From Neoconidiobolus thromboides FSU 785 (Eukaryota > Fungi > Entomophthoromycota): a stretch of 64,000 bases of DNA. Below are positions 39,072 through 51,107 of the stretch, in pieces. The translations under genes were made by a program, and so were the position numbers. How positions within the stretch are numbered: position 1 is the stretch's first letter; the number at the start of each line of letters is the position of its first letter. Location of the stretch: the NCBI GenBank assembly GCA_025603075.1, contig MU626291.1, positions 62,001 through 126,000 of the forward strand, written 5' to 3'. Below the pieces are notes generated by a model. That model had not been told where the DNA came from and did no database searches. It saw only the letters and a program-made list of their open reading frames with translations.

Positions 39072-40097
39072 TATTGATAATAGTTCAAATTTAAAGTTTA
39101 AAAAGCAAAAAAAAATAGGCAAAAGTAACCGACTTTATTTACTTTTTATGGAAAGTGGGTTAATTTGAGTAAGTGTTTTCAATATACTTTTTTTATTATA
39201 AAGTTGTACTTTATAATAAACTAAACTTACAATATGACAATAATGTAAAAACTGATTTTTGTATGTTGAATTTGATTTTGGTTTTGGTTTTGATCTTAAA
39301 CAAAATCACTAGTATTAAAATCCGATATTTAAAAAAAACAAATGACCATTAAAACATACAAGGCAGTAACATGCTTTTGATACTTTGATTACTCGCGTTT
39401 TCTAGCTATACAAAAAAACTTATTTATTAATTTCAACTTAACGCCTCATTTTATACAAAAATAGAAATTTCCATTTCACTAAGCTTTTTAAAAAAATAAA
39501 CTCAAACCTTGAGATTAAATTTAGAGAATTAGCAATAAATTATAAAAAAATAATCCAAATAGAAAAAGCAAACTTTTATTGAATATTAAAAATTTCGTTT
39601 AAATGCTTCTTTCACAATTTGTTTCTCATATACGCCACTTCAATAGCACTTGGTTCCGCTATTCTTTACTCTATTATCTCTCTTGCAGCTACGAAAAAGT
39701 CAATTATACAGGGTTCAACAAACTGAAGATAAATCATTTGATCTGACAATTGCTAATCTATTCTGCTTCTGATGAAAAGCTGTTCATTAATTAGCCAATA
39801 GAATGAGTTGAAGAATCAAATCACCTATTATAATTGGCAAGTTTCTTGTATACCTATGCTATTTTCAATCAGAATAGGCAAGAGCATAAAAAATTCAATA
39901 TCATCTGATGCGGAATCACAGCAAACTGACGAAATTCAGAAATTTAATGAGCGCATGATCTAGCTATTCTTTAATTAAAAAGTTGGAACAAGAAATATAA
40001 AAGAAGAGTTGCAGACGATTGACTTTTAAAAAGTAGATCAACTTATCTTTTTTATTATTTTTTTTTTAAAAGCTTTTTTATAGCTTAACTAATTTTC

Positions 40098-42164
40098 ATG
40101 ATGAACTTCAAATCTTCTGTTGTTTTATTTGTAATTGCTCTAGTAGGTGGCAACTCCGTATTAGCTCAAGGTAAACATTTTACCCCAACTGATTTGGTTA
40201 CCATGGCCCGTCCAGGTTTCTTTGCTCCTTCTCTAGATGGTGATAAAGTAATTTATTCCGCTACCACCTATGATAAAGGAACCAATAAGAAAACTACCAA
40301 AATTAATCTTTTGGAAGTAGCTACTGGAAAAGCTAGTGATATCACTTCATTGACCACTACCGATTTCTCAGATGTTTCATTCATTGATAAAGATCGTGTT
40401 GCTTTTGTTTCATCTCGTTCTGGAACTCCTAATGTTTATACTTTAGACCTTAATAGTGGTGCCAGTTCTTTAAAACAATTAACTAATTTTACTTATGAAG
40501 AAGTTAATGGAGCTCAATTCAACTTTAAAGCTGGTAAAGTTATCTTTTCGACTGGTGTTTCTGTAAAAGAAAAGGAATCAGTGCATAAATATAGTACTGC
40601 TAAAACTTTTGATCAACTTTATATTCGTCATTGGGATACATGGTATGACTATATTCATCAACATGTTCATGTTGCTGATTTAAGTGTTGACAAAATTACC
40701 ACTGAAGCTAAGGATCTTTTAGTAAGTAGCCCTAAACTTGAATCTCCTATTCGTCCAGATTATGATTCAAGTAACTATGTCCTTTCTCCAGATGGTAAAT
40801 TGGTTGCTTTTGTTACTCGCCCAGATACTAGAACTCAAGCTTGGAAAACTACTCTTGAGCTTTACCTTGTCCCTACTACCGGTGAGCCTAAACTTGAATT
40901 AATCTCTGAAAAAGGATTAGGTGCTATTTCAAGCCCTAAATTCTCCCCAGATGGTAAATATCTCGCTTGGGTACAAATGAATAGTGATAACAATGAATCC
41001 GATAAAGGATTAATCACTTTGTATGACCTTAAAACTAAGACTAGAAAAGTACTTAACCATAAATGGGATGCTCAGCCAGGAGAGTTTACTTTCTCTAATG
41101 ATGGTAACTCCCTTTACCTTAGTTTAGCTGATGATGGACATAACAAATTATTCGAATTCAATATCAAAACTCAAGAATATAAAGCTATCGTAAAAACTGG
41201 AACTTCAGGTGTTTTAGCTGAATACAATGATAAGCTTTTAATTACTAAAGCTTCTACCAAGAGCCCTAATGAAGTTTATTCTTTAAGCAAAAATAATAAT
41301 GAACTTAAACGTATTTCTGATATTAATGCTAACTTCCTTGAAACTTTTAAATTCAATGGCTATGAACCTTTCTACTTTATTGGTGCCTTAAAGGAAAGAG
41401 TTCAAGGTTTCTTAATTAAACCACCAGGTTTTGACCCAAAGAAGAAATACCCAGTTATGTTTTGGGTACATGGTGGACCAGAATCTTCCTTTAATGATAA
41501 TTGGTCTAATCGTTGGAACTACCAAATTCCAGCTAATGCCGGTTATGTAGTTGTTTCTGTTAATTTCCATGGTTCTCCAGGATGGGGTAATAAGTTTACT
41601 CAATCTATCTTACGTAACTGGGGCTCTTATCCATTTGAGGATTTAATGAAAGGTCTTGATTTCGCACTTGCTAAATATAATTTCTTAGACTGTGAAAAGG
41701 TAGTTGCTTGGGGAGCTTCCTACGGCGGTTTTATGATGAATTATATCAATGGTCACACAGATCGCTTTAAGGCGCTTGTAGTTCATGATGGTACCTTTAG
41801 CACTGAAGGCTCTATCTATAACACTGAAGAACTTTTCTTTATGGAAAATGAATTTGGAGGTGTAGGATGGTCTAAAGAAGCTAGAGAAAACTTTAAGAAA
41901 TTCTCTCCACATAATTTTGTTGAAAATTGGAAGACTCCTGCTTTAATTATCCATGGTGGTAAAGATTATCGTCTTGTCGATACTGAAGGTATTAGTGCTT
42001 TCACTGCTCTCCAACGCAAAGGTGTTCCATCTAGGCTCCTTTATTTCCAAGATGAAAACCACTGGGTTCTTAAAAATGCTAACTCTCTTAAATGGATGCA
42101 TGAAAATCTTGCTTGGTCCGCTAAGTGGCTTAATTACACTAATCCTTATGAGATTGAACTTTAA
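40098..42164 (+). CDS. DPP5: Secreted dipeptidyl-peptidase V (S9 family)
   Basis: Signal peptide, WD40-like SPDG propeller repeats, VHGGPE, GASYGG nucleophile, IHGGKDYR, DENHWV. Confidence 0.92.
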   Translation: MMNFKSSVVLFVIALVGGNSVLAQGKHFTPTDLVTMARPGFFAPSLDGDKVIYSATTYDKGTNKKTTKINLLEVATGKASDITSLTTTDFSDVSFIDKDRVAFVSSRSGTPNVYTLDLNSGASSLKQLTNFTYEEVNGAQFNFKAGKVIFSTGVSVKEKESVHKYSTAKTFDQLYIRHWDTWYDYIHQHVHVADLSVDKITTEAKDLLVSSPKLESPIRPDYDSSNYVLSPDGKLVAFVTRPDTRTQAWKTTLELYLVPTTGEPKLELISEKGLGAISSPKFSPDGKYLAWVQMNSDNNESDKGLITLYDLKTKTRKVLNHKWDAQPGEFTFSNDGNSLYLSLADDGHNKLFEFNIKTQEYKAIVKTGTSGVLAEYNDKLLITKASTKSPNEVYSLSKNNNELKRISDINANFLETFKFNGYEPFYFIGALKERVQGFLIKPPGFDPKKKYPVMFWVHGGPESSFNDNWSNRWNYQIPANAGYVVVSVNFHGSPGWGNKFTQSILRNWGSYPFEDLMKGLDFALAKYNFLDCEKVVAWGASYGGFMMNYINGHTDRFKALVVHDGTFSTEGSIYNTEELFFMENEFGGVGWSKEARENFKKFSPHNFVENWKTPALIIHGGKDYRLVDTEGISAFTALQRKGVPSRLLYFQDENHWVLKNANSLKWMHENLAWSAKWLNYTNPYEIEL

Positions 42165-42253
42165 AAGGGTTGATTTTGTTATTAAAATTAATATGCTAAA
42201 TAAAAAATTAATTTAAATGTAAACTATTATTTTGTTTCTATAATTTAATATAT

Positions 42254-42344
42254 GGGGATGTTTTTTTTGGCCTCATTGCTTTTTCTATCTTTTAAGTGCT
42301 ATTTGAGTAGAAAAATTGTTAGCAAAATACAAAAATACATCCCC
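42254..42344 (+). mobile_element. MITE copy (91 bp, short deletion)
   Basis: Intact GGGGATGT/ACATCCCC TIRs, ATAT TSD. Confidence 0.95.
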
Positions 42345-42565
42345 ATATTTCAAAATAGATGAGTATCTAGTTAACCATGGTTTGTATAAGTTTTAAGGAT
42401 ACTTTTAAATACAAAGATATTATATGATTTGATATAGCCAAATGGTTTAAGTAATGTGTAATACTTAAGGGAAATAATTATATATTATATTTTTTAAAGG
42501 ACAATTTGTAAATTACAAAAATGAATTAAACTGAAACTTTAATGAGTATTATTTTAAAATTAGAA

Positions 42566-44099
42566 TTAGAAGAGTAATCTTAAAAGTTCATCGGCTTCGG
42601 TATTAACATAAAATTTTAAAGGCTGTTCGAAACCATTGCTAAAATAATAGGTCGTAAATAATGATGAATTATAAAAAATAAATTGTTAACTTACAACTCC
42701 ATATTAAAACAAGTAGAATAAGCCCCCATATTTTCAAAATAAAGCCAGTCATTTAACTCTAATTCTGGCAGCCTTAAGTTAGAATCTGTATTAATTTTAT
42801 CTTTAGCTCCTAACGCTGGTCCCCACAAAGTACAAAACTGTAAGTTTTGCTCTGTTATTTCAGGTAAATAGAGCCCATTTCGAAATAAAAGCTTAGGCTC
42901 GTATAAGATCTCTGGAATAAATGCCCCTTCTGAAAAGGATTTAAATACTCCATCATTCAAGTAATCTAAAATTTAATTTAATTTTACTATTATCTTTTAT
43001 AAATAAATTAGTACTTACACATAATAGATTTCTCTTCGCTATCATTATAGCACACTCTCTTACCAATGACAGTGGTAGCTAAGGTATAAAAAGAAGCAGC
43101 AAAAAAGCGACCAGGCTCAGCAATAAAAGTTAAATTAGCATCTTTAAAATAATCATTCAAAGATAGATTAACAACTTTTGCAATTTTAATAAATTGCTCC
43201 ACATTTTTAATCCCTGGAAAGCCACCACCTATATCCAATATGGACAAATTAAAGCCAACCGATTTAGCTTGATCATAAATGATTCTAGCCCTACGTATAG
43301 TTTCTTTATAACCTTCAGGGTCAAGGCAATCACTACCAACATGAAAGCTTAAGCCTACGACATTAAGGTTAAAATCTTTAGCAGATTGTAGTAATTGTCT
43401 ACAAGCTTCTAATTCAGCACCAAATTTAGAACTAAAAGGAACTTTGGAATGACAGTCCAATGGTAAAATTCTAAGAAATAACTCAGCATTGGGATAATGG
43501 ATATAAATTTTTATCAATTCATCAATGTTATCAAAGGTCATCTTTCGTACATTTACCTCTTTAGCATATTTCAGATGATTCAATTGTTTACACGGATTAG
43601 CATAGATGATTCTGTTCGTTGATATATTATGTTTTAATATTGTTTGAATCTCTTTTTTACTGGCACAATCAAAGCTCATTCCTAATTCTATCATCAATTT
43701 TATTAACATCTTATCCGGATTACTCTTCACTGCATAAAATGGAACCACATCTGGTAAATGTGTCTTCCATAGTTTAAACATTTTGTAAACGGCACCCAGG
43801 TCACCTACTAAAAAAGAGTCCTGTATATTTTCATTTAATAGTTTATATTTGATAAATGCCAAGGGGTCAGTCTTTGGTAATTTTAAGATGCCCTCTTCTT
43901 GATTTAAGAAATTCGGAGACAATAAGGCTTCGTGGATAATGCTTTTTGATATACTGTCTTCGTATTTTGGTACCTTTAATTTGGCGATATTCATAGCTTC
44001 AATATGTGGGCTTCTAACTATTTTTGGTGATTTAGGAGTTAAGTCTAGCTTAAACTCACTGTCTATGTTAGGGCTTCCTACCAATAAGTTGGTGTTCAT
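42566..44099 (-). CDS. Ornithine decarboxylase-like protein lacking the catalytic Cys/Asp loop (3 exons; introns 42966-43018, 42639-42694)
   Basis: PFYAVKSN, FDCAS, YANPCK, KFGA, FHVGS, DIGGGFPG, EPGRF, YYLNDG, GAYS...FNGF are present; WGPTCD is replaced by WGPALG. Confidence 0.9.
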
Positions 44100-44721
44100 G
44101 ATTCAGTTTTTTATAATAATAAAAGGCATTCTATGCTTTTTATTTGATATTTATATAATGTTGTATGCTTTGTTTTGATCATTTTAAAATCGTTGATCTT
44201 ATTTTTATTTTTTTGTAAATCTAATTTTACAATGGTTTATTTTAATTTGATGATTACGAAATTTAAATTTAGTTTGAATTAAAATTAATTTGAAACAGTA
44301 AGATTATTAATAACTTCAGCATTTTATTTTTAATCACATTCCTATATAAATTCTAGATCTTAATATAATGATTATATAGTAATTATATAATAATTTTACA
44401 ACTGATTCATCAATAGGCCTCTTATTTTCATTCCATAGCTTACATTATAAGTTATTATATTCCAACTGTTTATTTTTATATATATGTACTATATTTATTT
44501 ATACTGATTTAAGTTGTCACCGTTTGATAAAAAAAGATCAAGCCTTTTTATAGCAAAGTTTTTCTGAACCTAAAAAATATTATGAATTATAAAATTACAT
44601 AAAACAAAAATAACATTTGCATTAAGATTATGAATCTCGTTTTCAGTATTTTATAAGTGCATACACTTCTAAAAATATTTAGTAACTAAATAACAACTTA
44701 TAATTTTAATTAAATAAATAT

Positions 44722-44819
44722 GGTGAAGTTTTTTTGGCTTCATCACTTTTTACACCTTTTAAGCGATATTTGAGTGGAAAGATTATTATTAAAATTATTA
44801 AATATAAAAATACATCCCC
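44722..44819 (+). mobile_element. MITE copy
   Basis: Left TIR degraded (GGTGAAGT), right ACATCCCC intact, ATAT TSD; 52 bp from the ADH stop codon. Confidence 0.9.
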
Positions 44820-44871
44820 ATATATCAGAAATACTAAAAATTTTGATCTCAATAAAAAATAGTTTATTAAA

Positions 44872-45930
44872 TTAATTGTTAAGTACAACCCTATATCTAA
44901 CTTTACCATCGCGTACTAGTTGTACACCTTCATTACATTTATCCATAGGGTAGTTTTCTATCCAAGGGTAAACCTTATGTTCAGCAGCAAAATCCAACAT
45001 TTTACGGATTTCACAAGGGGATCCAATAGCTGAGCCACCAATAAAAATATTTTTCATAATTAAAGTAAATGGGCGAAGAGTAACGTTTGATTCTGGTACT
45101 GCTAATAATATAATTTTACCATCAATATCCATCCAATTTGCAAAAGTATCCCATTGAGAGTCATTAGCATTACTTGTGACAATAAGATATTTAAGAGTAT
45201 CTTTAATCTTATCTGCTTCTTCTTCATTACTATAAGCAATGAAATGTTTGGCACCCATCTTTTTAGCATCGTTTTCTTTGGAATGAGAATGTGATAAGGC
45301 ATAAACTTCACAACCCATAGCATTAGCAAATTGAATAGCTAAATGACCTAATCCACCAATACCAATGACACCAACTTTGTCACCTGATTTAAATCCATTA
45401 TGAAGCATTGGTGTAAACACAGTGGCACCAGCGCATAGTAATGGTGCAGCATAGTCCGAAGGAATGCTTTCTGGAATAAGGAAACAAAAATCTTCTTGGA
45501 CATGAACTGCTTCCGCATACCCACCATAGGTGGTAGATCCATCAATATCCCTTTTTGAATTATAAGTGAGTCCGCTTTTCTTACAGAATACTTCTCTTTG
45601 GCGCTTACAAGCATAGCAATCATCATTCATACATGCAGCACATTGTGCACCTACCCCTACTCTATCCCCTACTTTAAGCTTTTGTACCTTATCACCTACT
45701 GCGGTTATCTCACCTACAATTTCATGACCAACAATCACTGGGTAATTAGTTGGACCCCATCCACTGTCCATGGTATGAAGATCAGAACCACAAATACCGC
45801 AGTGACTAATCTTGATTTCTACATCATTAGGTTGAAGTGGGGCAGCGTCATAAGTATATTTGACTAATTTTTCATCTTTTCCATGACAAGCATAGCCACT
45901 GATTTTGTTGTATTTTCCTGTATTTGACAT
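44872..45930 (-). CDS. Zn-dependent NADP alcohol dehydrogenase, cinnamyl-alcohol dehydrogenase (ADH6/7-like) family
   Basis: CGICGSDLH, GHEIVG, structural Zn Cys cluster, APLLCAGATVF, GIGGLGHL, VRYRVVL. Confidence 0.95.
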   Translation of the reverse strand: MSNTGKYNKISGYACHGKDEKLVKYTYDAAPLQPNDVEIKISHCGICGSDLHTMDSGWGPTNYPVIVGHEIVGEITAVGDKVQKLKVGDRVGVGAQCAACMNDDCYACKRQREVFCKKSGLTYNSKRDIDGSTTYGGYAEAVHVQEDFCFLIPESIPSDYAAPLLCAGATVFTPMLHNGFKSGDKVGVIGIGGLGHLAIQFANAMGCEVYALSHSHSKENDAKKMGAKHFIAYSNEEEADKIKDTLKYLIVTSNANDSQWDTFANWMDIDGKIILLAVPESNVTLRPFTLIMKNIFIGGSAIGSPCEIRKMLDFAAEHKVYPWIENYPMDKCNEGVQLVRDGKVRYRVVLNN

Positions 45931-46602
45931 TTTTATTTAAAAATTTTGTTGTTTTTCCTCTCTTTATTTATACTTTTTGACTACTGTTGCATTTAGGTTT
46001 ATTAACTCCCAATTAGTAATTGCGATGATATGTTAAATTATTCAAGAAGCTTCACTGTTCTATTTGTTTCGGTATTACTTTAAGCATCCTTTTATTTCGG
46101 TCCTTCATTTCTCCTGTTTTTATGCGTTTATTTTTAATTTTCGAAATTTGATTGTTTAGTGTGTCGGGATTTTATTAAATTGTGTAGAATAAAAAGATAT
46201 TATAATTTGATTTCATTACTGTATTTATTAATGAATGATTAATAATTTTTCTTCTATTAACAAAATTAAGTTACTATAATAGTAATAGTTGAAGCCTGTA
46301 GCATTTAGCTTTATTATAGTTTTATTTATAGTAAAGTAGTACTTTTATTGTTAATTTATCAAATCATTATTGAGATTTTTGAATTATTTAAATTCAGTTA
46401 TTTATTTAATCGGATAAAATCGAATGTAGTAATTAATGGCAAGGCTGATTGATGAACATAGTAAAGTATCCTCATAGGAAACATTAAGGATCTTCTATAT
46501 AGTTATTTTTTTTATATCTTCATTAAGTATCATTTTCAATTATTTTCTAGTTGATACAAGATACTTATTAAAATTGTGTTTTTGAAGTTGATATAGCAAT
46601 AT

Positions 46603-46698
46603 AAGAAGATTTTTTGGTTTCATTACTTTTCCCATCTTTTAAGCGCTATTTGAGCGAAAAGGTTGTTAGTAAAACCCCAAAATAAAAAATACATCCTC
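46603..46698 (+). mobile_element. MITE copy
   Basis: Family core AAGCGCTATTTGAGCGAAAAGGTTGTTAGTAAAA, right end ACATCCTC, ATAT TSD. Confidence 0.88.
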
Positions 46699-48213
46699 AT
46701 ATATTATTTAGCTTTTCATCTGATCTTTTAGCTTTCATGTTTTTACTTATATTTAATAAAATCAATGCTAAATAATATAAAATTCTGCTTTATAGCTTAC
46801 TATTTTTAAAAAGCTCAATATCAAGTTTTAAATTTTATTGAGATAAATATAGGAGAATAGAAGATTAGTCTATGATAACATATAGCAATAAGTCAGATGT
46901 GTTTTTGAATTTAAACATGATAGAGTGGATTGTTTACCTTTTTGCTATTTGTTTTTTAAAAATGGCCCGATTTATTATTGAAAATACGTAAAAAATCTTT
47001 CTAAAAATCAACCTTACCTATCTAAAGGTTTATATCTTAAAATTATTATCTAAAATGATATTTTTATTTAGGATAATATTTAAATAATTATAAGCTATAC
47101 AGTAATTAAATCGTTAAATCTTTTTTGAAACAATTTAAATTAATCCGATTATTTGGGCAAATCCATTCCATTATACTAATATGTAGAATTGTTAGTTTAA
47201 CTTTTTGTTGGAAAATCATTCTATCTTCATATAAAAAATACTTCCTGTTGCACTTAATGCCTTAGAAGTTGATTTTGACCTAAAAAATGGTTAATTTTAA
47301 ACTATTTTATATTATTAGATCGGACTTTAGCAAAATACTTGTTTTATTTAAAAGCAACTTAGAACAAAAACTAGCAATTTTAATAAACCGCTTAGGTTAT
47401 GAAACTTATATTTCTTACCAAATCGATATCAAAGAGCTTTCGATTTAAAAAAGGAACTATAGTGCCAAAGTATACATAAATATATATAGTTTATTTTGGA
47501 AAATATTCAAAAAAAGTTTTACTTAATAAAACTACTGTCTATATATTAAATAGTTTATTATTTTTCAAGTTCTATTCTTACTAGCTTTGATTTTTTGTAG
47601 AAAGTTTATAAATTCCTAAATTAAATCAATTGTTTTTAGTTGATTATGTATAATAGCTAATATTCAAAAAATTGTTAATAAATGAGCAGCAACTTATTTG
47701 TACTACATAAAAGATCTTTGATCGGGAGTATCAGTATACTTCACTAGCCTCTTGCATCATCGTTTTTTTACCTTTCACTTATTAGAAGGGTTGATATTTT
47801 TGTCAGCTAAAACGAAGAAAGTTACCAATCGAAAGTACATCTGCTGCAACTCTATTGTGGTCTAGGTAACTGCTCATTTAAAAATAAAAGCTTTCTAAAA
47901 TCAGGCTAAAAAAAGATCAAGCTTTAAGAAAATAAACATACAAATAAGTAGCCCCAAAAATTATTGTAAATTAGGTAGAAATGGAGTTCAGTAGCTGTAA
48001 ATAGTAAAAGTCAAAAATATAACTCCAAATTGTGTTCATCTAAGTTCAAATGGGATTTGAAAGTTTTGTAGACCTAATTCATCAAATAATATAGGTAATT
48101 GATTTAAAATCTAAAGATTTTAGTTTCTACATTTTGGCCTAAAACTATATTAAAATTCAGTGTAATAAGTCAATAATATCTTGAGTTATATAATTGTCTA
48201 ATTCCAAATATAT

Positions 48214-48311
48214 GTGAATATTTTTTTGGCTTCATCACTCCTTCCATCTTTTAAGTGCTATTTAAGCGAAAAAATTACTAGTAAAGTTATTAAATACAAA
48301 AATGCATCCTC
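48214..48311 (+). mobile_element. MITE copy
   Basis: GTGAATATTTTTTTGGCTTCATC...GCATCCTC, ATAT TSD. Confidence 0.88.
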
Positions 48312-49436
48312 ATATACTGTATAGTTATAATTTTTACAATAATTTGTATGATTGTGCCGATTTAAGCTTGACACTTAAATTTTTATTTGAAAATAAACAT
48401 TCAACTGCATATATTTGATCAAACAATTGTATTTTATTTAAAATTGAAACACTATTACCAGGTTATTTTCTAATTGTTTATTGCTATTGAGTTTGATAGT
48501 ATAGTTCGAGTTTATTATTATGAGTGATAAATTATTTTGTATTGCTTCATTTGAATTGTTACCAAAGGGCTTAAAGTAATAATTCTTTTCATACTATGAA
48601 ATCAAATTTAAATTACTACGTTTAATTTGTACTTTAAGGAGAAATAATTAATAGTTAAAGTTAATTAATATTCGAACATACTTAATTTTGTATTCATTTT
48701 AATAAGTAATGTTTAATGAAGCGATAAAAATTATGTCAACTTATAAATAAACACTTATCATATTTAAGCTACAAACAAGGAAGATTAAATTGATGTAATT
48801 ATAGCCCAATTTCAATTTATATAATGAAAATAAAACAATTTTTAATCAGTTTAAATGTTTTTCTAGTCAAATTTGTTCACTTTTATACTGCTGAATAAAG
48901 ACTAATGCCTAAATTACAAATAAACTAAAAAGAGACTATATTTAAATTATAAATAAGTCAAAAAAAGGTTTAGTATGAATTTAATACATCTATATCGTTC
49001 TTTTAACTCAAACTTTAATTACTAAAATTGAGCCCTCAATAATTTGGATTTGATTTACGTTTCATACAAAATTAATTGAGTGTCTTTTCTCTAAATTTAT
49101 TGAAGCAAAAAGCCAATAAAAGGAAATTCTTTCTAGCCGTTTAAAACAAAGTTCTCATTTGAATTAAAAATGGACTAAATTTATTTTTTTGCTAACAGTT
49201 TCACCTATCTTTCTATTTTAAAATTAATGTTACGTGATTCTAGTATGTTTGGTATGGATGATCAATCCAAAAATGATGCTTTAAACTAATAATAGTTTAA
49301 TGGTACTACAATGAATATATAAATACTATTCTTTATACTCTTCATACTTCATTTTTATTTCAAAAATAGATACTATTATTTTTAAACCACTATTTCTATA
49401 ATATTATCTATTTAATTTAATTCAATCATTTAAAGA

Positions 49437-51107
49437 ATGAAGCTCAACTTACTTTTACTACTAGTTACTATTTTAATTTATCAAGCTCAGTCTATGAAGG
49501 TATTGATAAGTATGACCTTTGGTTCGCGTTCTCATATAAAAAATGTATTTGAAATAGGAAAAGTATTACAGGAACGCGGCGATCAAGTAGCATACATGTC
49601 ATTAAAGCCAATGTTACGCTTTGCTGATGGTTATAATGTAACTAAATTCCAAGTAGGGCCAGATGATATTCAAATTGATGATTTACGTGGAATAAGTGAA
49701 TTAAATCAAACACCTGTTAATCCATTAGCAGATACTGTTAATGCTTTAGTGGATGGACTTCCTATAGTTTTTCGTACTACTTTTGAGGATACTTTATCGG
49801 TTATTGATGAATATAAACCAGATGTTATGATTTGTGATTTCTTTTCATCTTCTTGTATTGAAGCTGCTTATCACCGCCATATCCCACTTATTGTAGGGTT
49901 CCAAACTTTGGATGGTCCTTATGTTCCACCCCCTTATATCACTGGAACTTTATCCTATTTCCCCACTACACTCGCCAATTTAAGCTTTGGGCAACGTTTT
50001 TACTCAACGGTCATACATCCACTTACTGTATTGCCTTCCTTTTTAGCACTCAATTATAGATTAAACGTTGAAAGAGCACGTTATAACTTACCAACTACTG
50101 TTGTAACGAATGTAGGCAATTGGGAAAATGCACTCAAATTATGCAACACTTTTATGGGTTTTGAAGGTGCTAGACCTTTAGATCCTAGCTTTAAATTGGT
50201 TGGCCCTATAATGTCAGAAGAACATGCTCCATTAAGTGACGGATTAAAACAGTTTTTAGATAAAAGACAAAAAGTAGTTTATATTGCATTTGGAAGTGGA
50301 GTTCAACTAAGCAGTAAAGATGTTAATATCATATTCAATAGTGTTAAAAAACTAGTAGAATATCAAAACGCTGATGGGATTATTTGGGCTTTAGGAAAAA
50401 CTCAAAAGGCTACTTTCAATCAAACTGATATTAATATTACTCATAATGGTATCAATCTAACCGCTGAGGACTTATTAAACAATGCACATCCAAACATTAA
50501 GTTTTTAAATTGGGCTCCTCAAGTTGCTATATTAAACCATGAGAATACTAAACTTTTTATATCTCATGGTGGTTTAGAATCTGCTTTTGAATCCATGTAC
50601 TCTGGAACTCCAATTTTAACCATTCCTTTCTTTGGTGACCAATATCGTAATGCTCGTAAAGTGGAAGAAATGGGCTTTGGTGGATATTCAGATAGATTTA
50701 CGCAAACATCGATCTCCCTTTATAATAAAATTGGCGAAATGCTAGTCGATAAAGACCAAAGTAGAGCCAATGCTATGCAAAAATGGCAATTGATAGCAAA
50801 AACCAATTCTAAAAAGAAATACGAAGCTGCCGATATTATTCAAGAATACGTTGCTCTCTCTAAAGTTTGTAGAAATAAACCTGGATATAAAAATAAAAAT
50901 CCAGGCTGCGAATTGGAACATCTTCTTCCCCTTTATCAATCAATTAATCCTTTGATCGCTTTTGGTGTCGATTCTATAGTTTTTGCTATTGCTATTATAA
51001 TTACTATAAGCTTACCTATTATTTATCTTGCTTCTATTCTTATCAAGCAGTTGCTTAAAATCATAAGAAATCATACTCATATTAAGAATAAGTTAAAATC
51101 TCAATGA
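49437..51107 (+). CDS. Membrane-anchored UDP-glycosyltransferase, GT1 (UDPGT family)
   Basis: Signal peptide, GSRSH, UGT signature WAPQVAILNH..TKLFISHGG.ESAFE..YSGTPILTIPFFGDQYRNA, C-terminal TM helix, KLKSQ end. Confidence 0.93.
   Translation: MKLNLLLLLVTILIYQAQSMKVLISMTFGSRSHIKNVFEIGKVLQERGDQVAYMSLKPMLRFADGYNVTKFQVGPDDIQIDDLRGISELNQTPVNPLADTVNALVDGLPIVFRTTFEDTLSVIDEYKPDVMICDFFSSSCIEAAYHRHIPLIVGFQTLDGPYVPPPYITGTLSYFPTTLANLSFGQRFYSTVIHPLTVLPSFLALNYRLNVERARYNLPTTVVTNVGNWENALKLCNTFMGFEGARPLDPSFKLVGPIMSEEHAPLSDGLKQFLDKRQKVVYIAFGSGVQLSSKDVNIIFNSVKKLVEYQNADGIIWALGKTQKATFNQTDINITHNGINLTAEDLLNNAHPNIKFLNWAPQVAILNHENTKLFISHGGLESAFESMYSGTPILTIPFFGDQYRNARKVEEMGFGGYSDRFTQTSISLYNKIGEMLVDKDQSRANAMQKWQLIAKTNSKKKYEAADIIQEYVALSKVCRNKPGYKNKNPGCELEHLLPLYQSINPLIAFGVDSIVFAIAIIITISLPIIYLASILIKQLLKIIRNHTHIKNKLKSQ

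Noticed and set aside
39770-39912. Possible box C/D snoRNA (TGATGA...CTGA) upstream of DPP5
   Set aside because: Motifs are too short for such AT-rich DNA, with no terminal stem or recognisable guide.
39996-40002. TATA boxes upstream of DPP5 and other genes
   Set aside because: TATAAA-like words are expected by chance at this AT content; not supportable without transcript data.
42254-46698. ODC-like and ADH genes as cargo of MITE-bounded composite transposons
   Set aside because: All flanks are ATAT, so outer TSD identity is uninformative, and at this MITE density most genes are flanked by chance.
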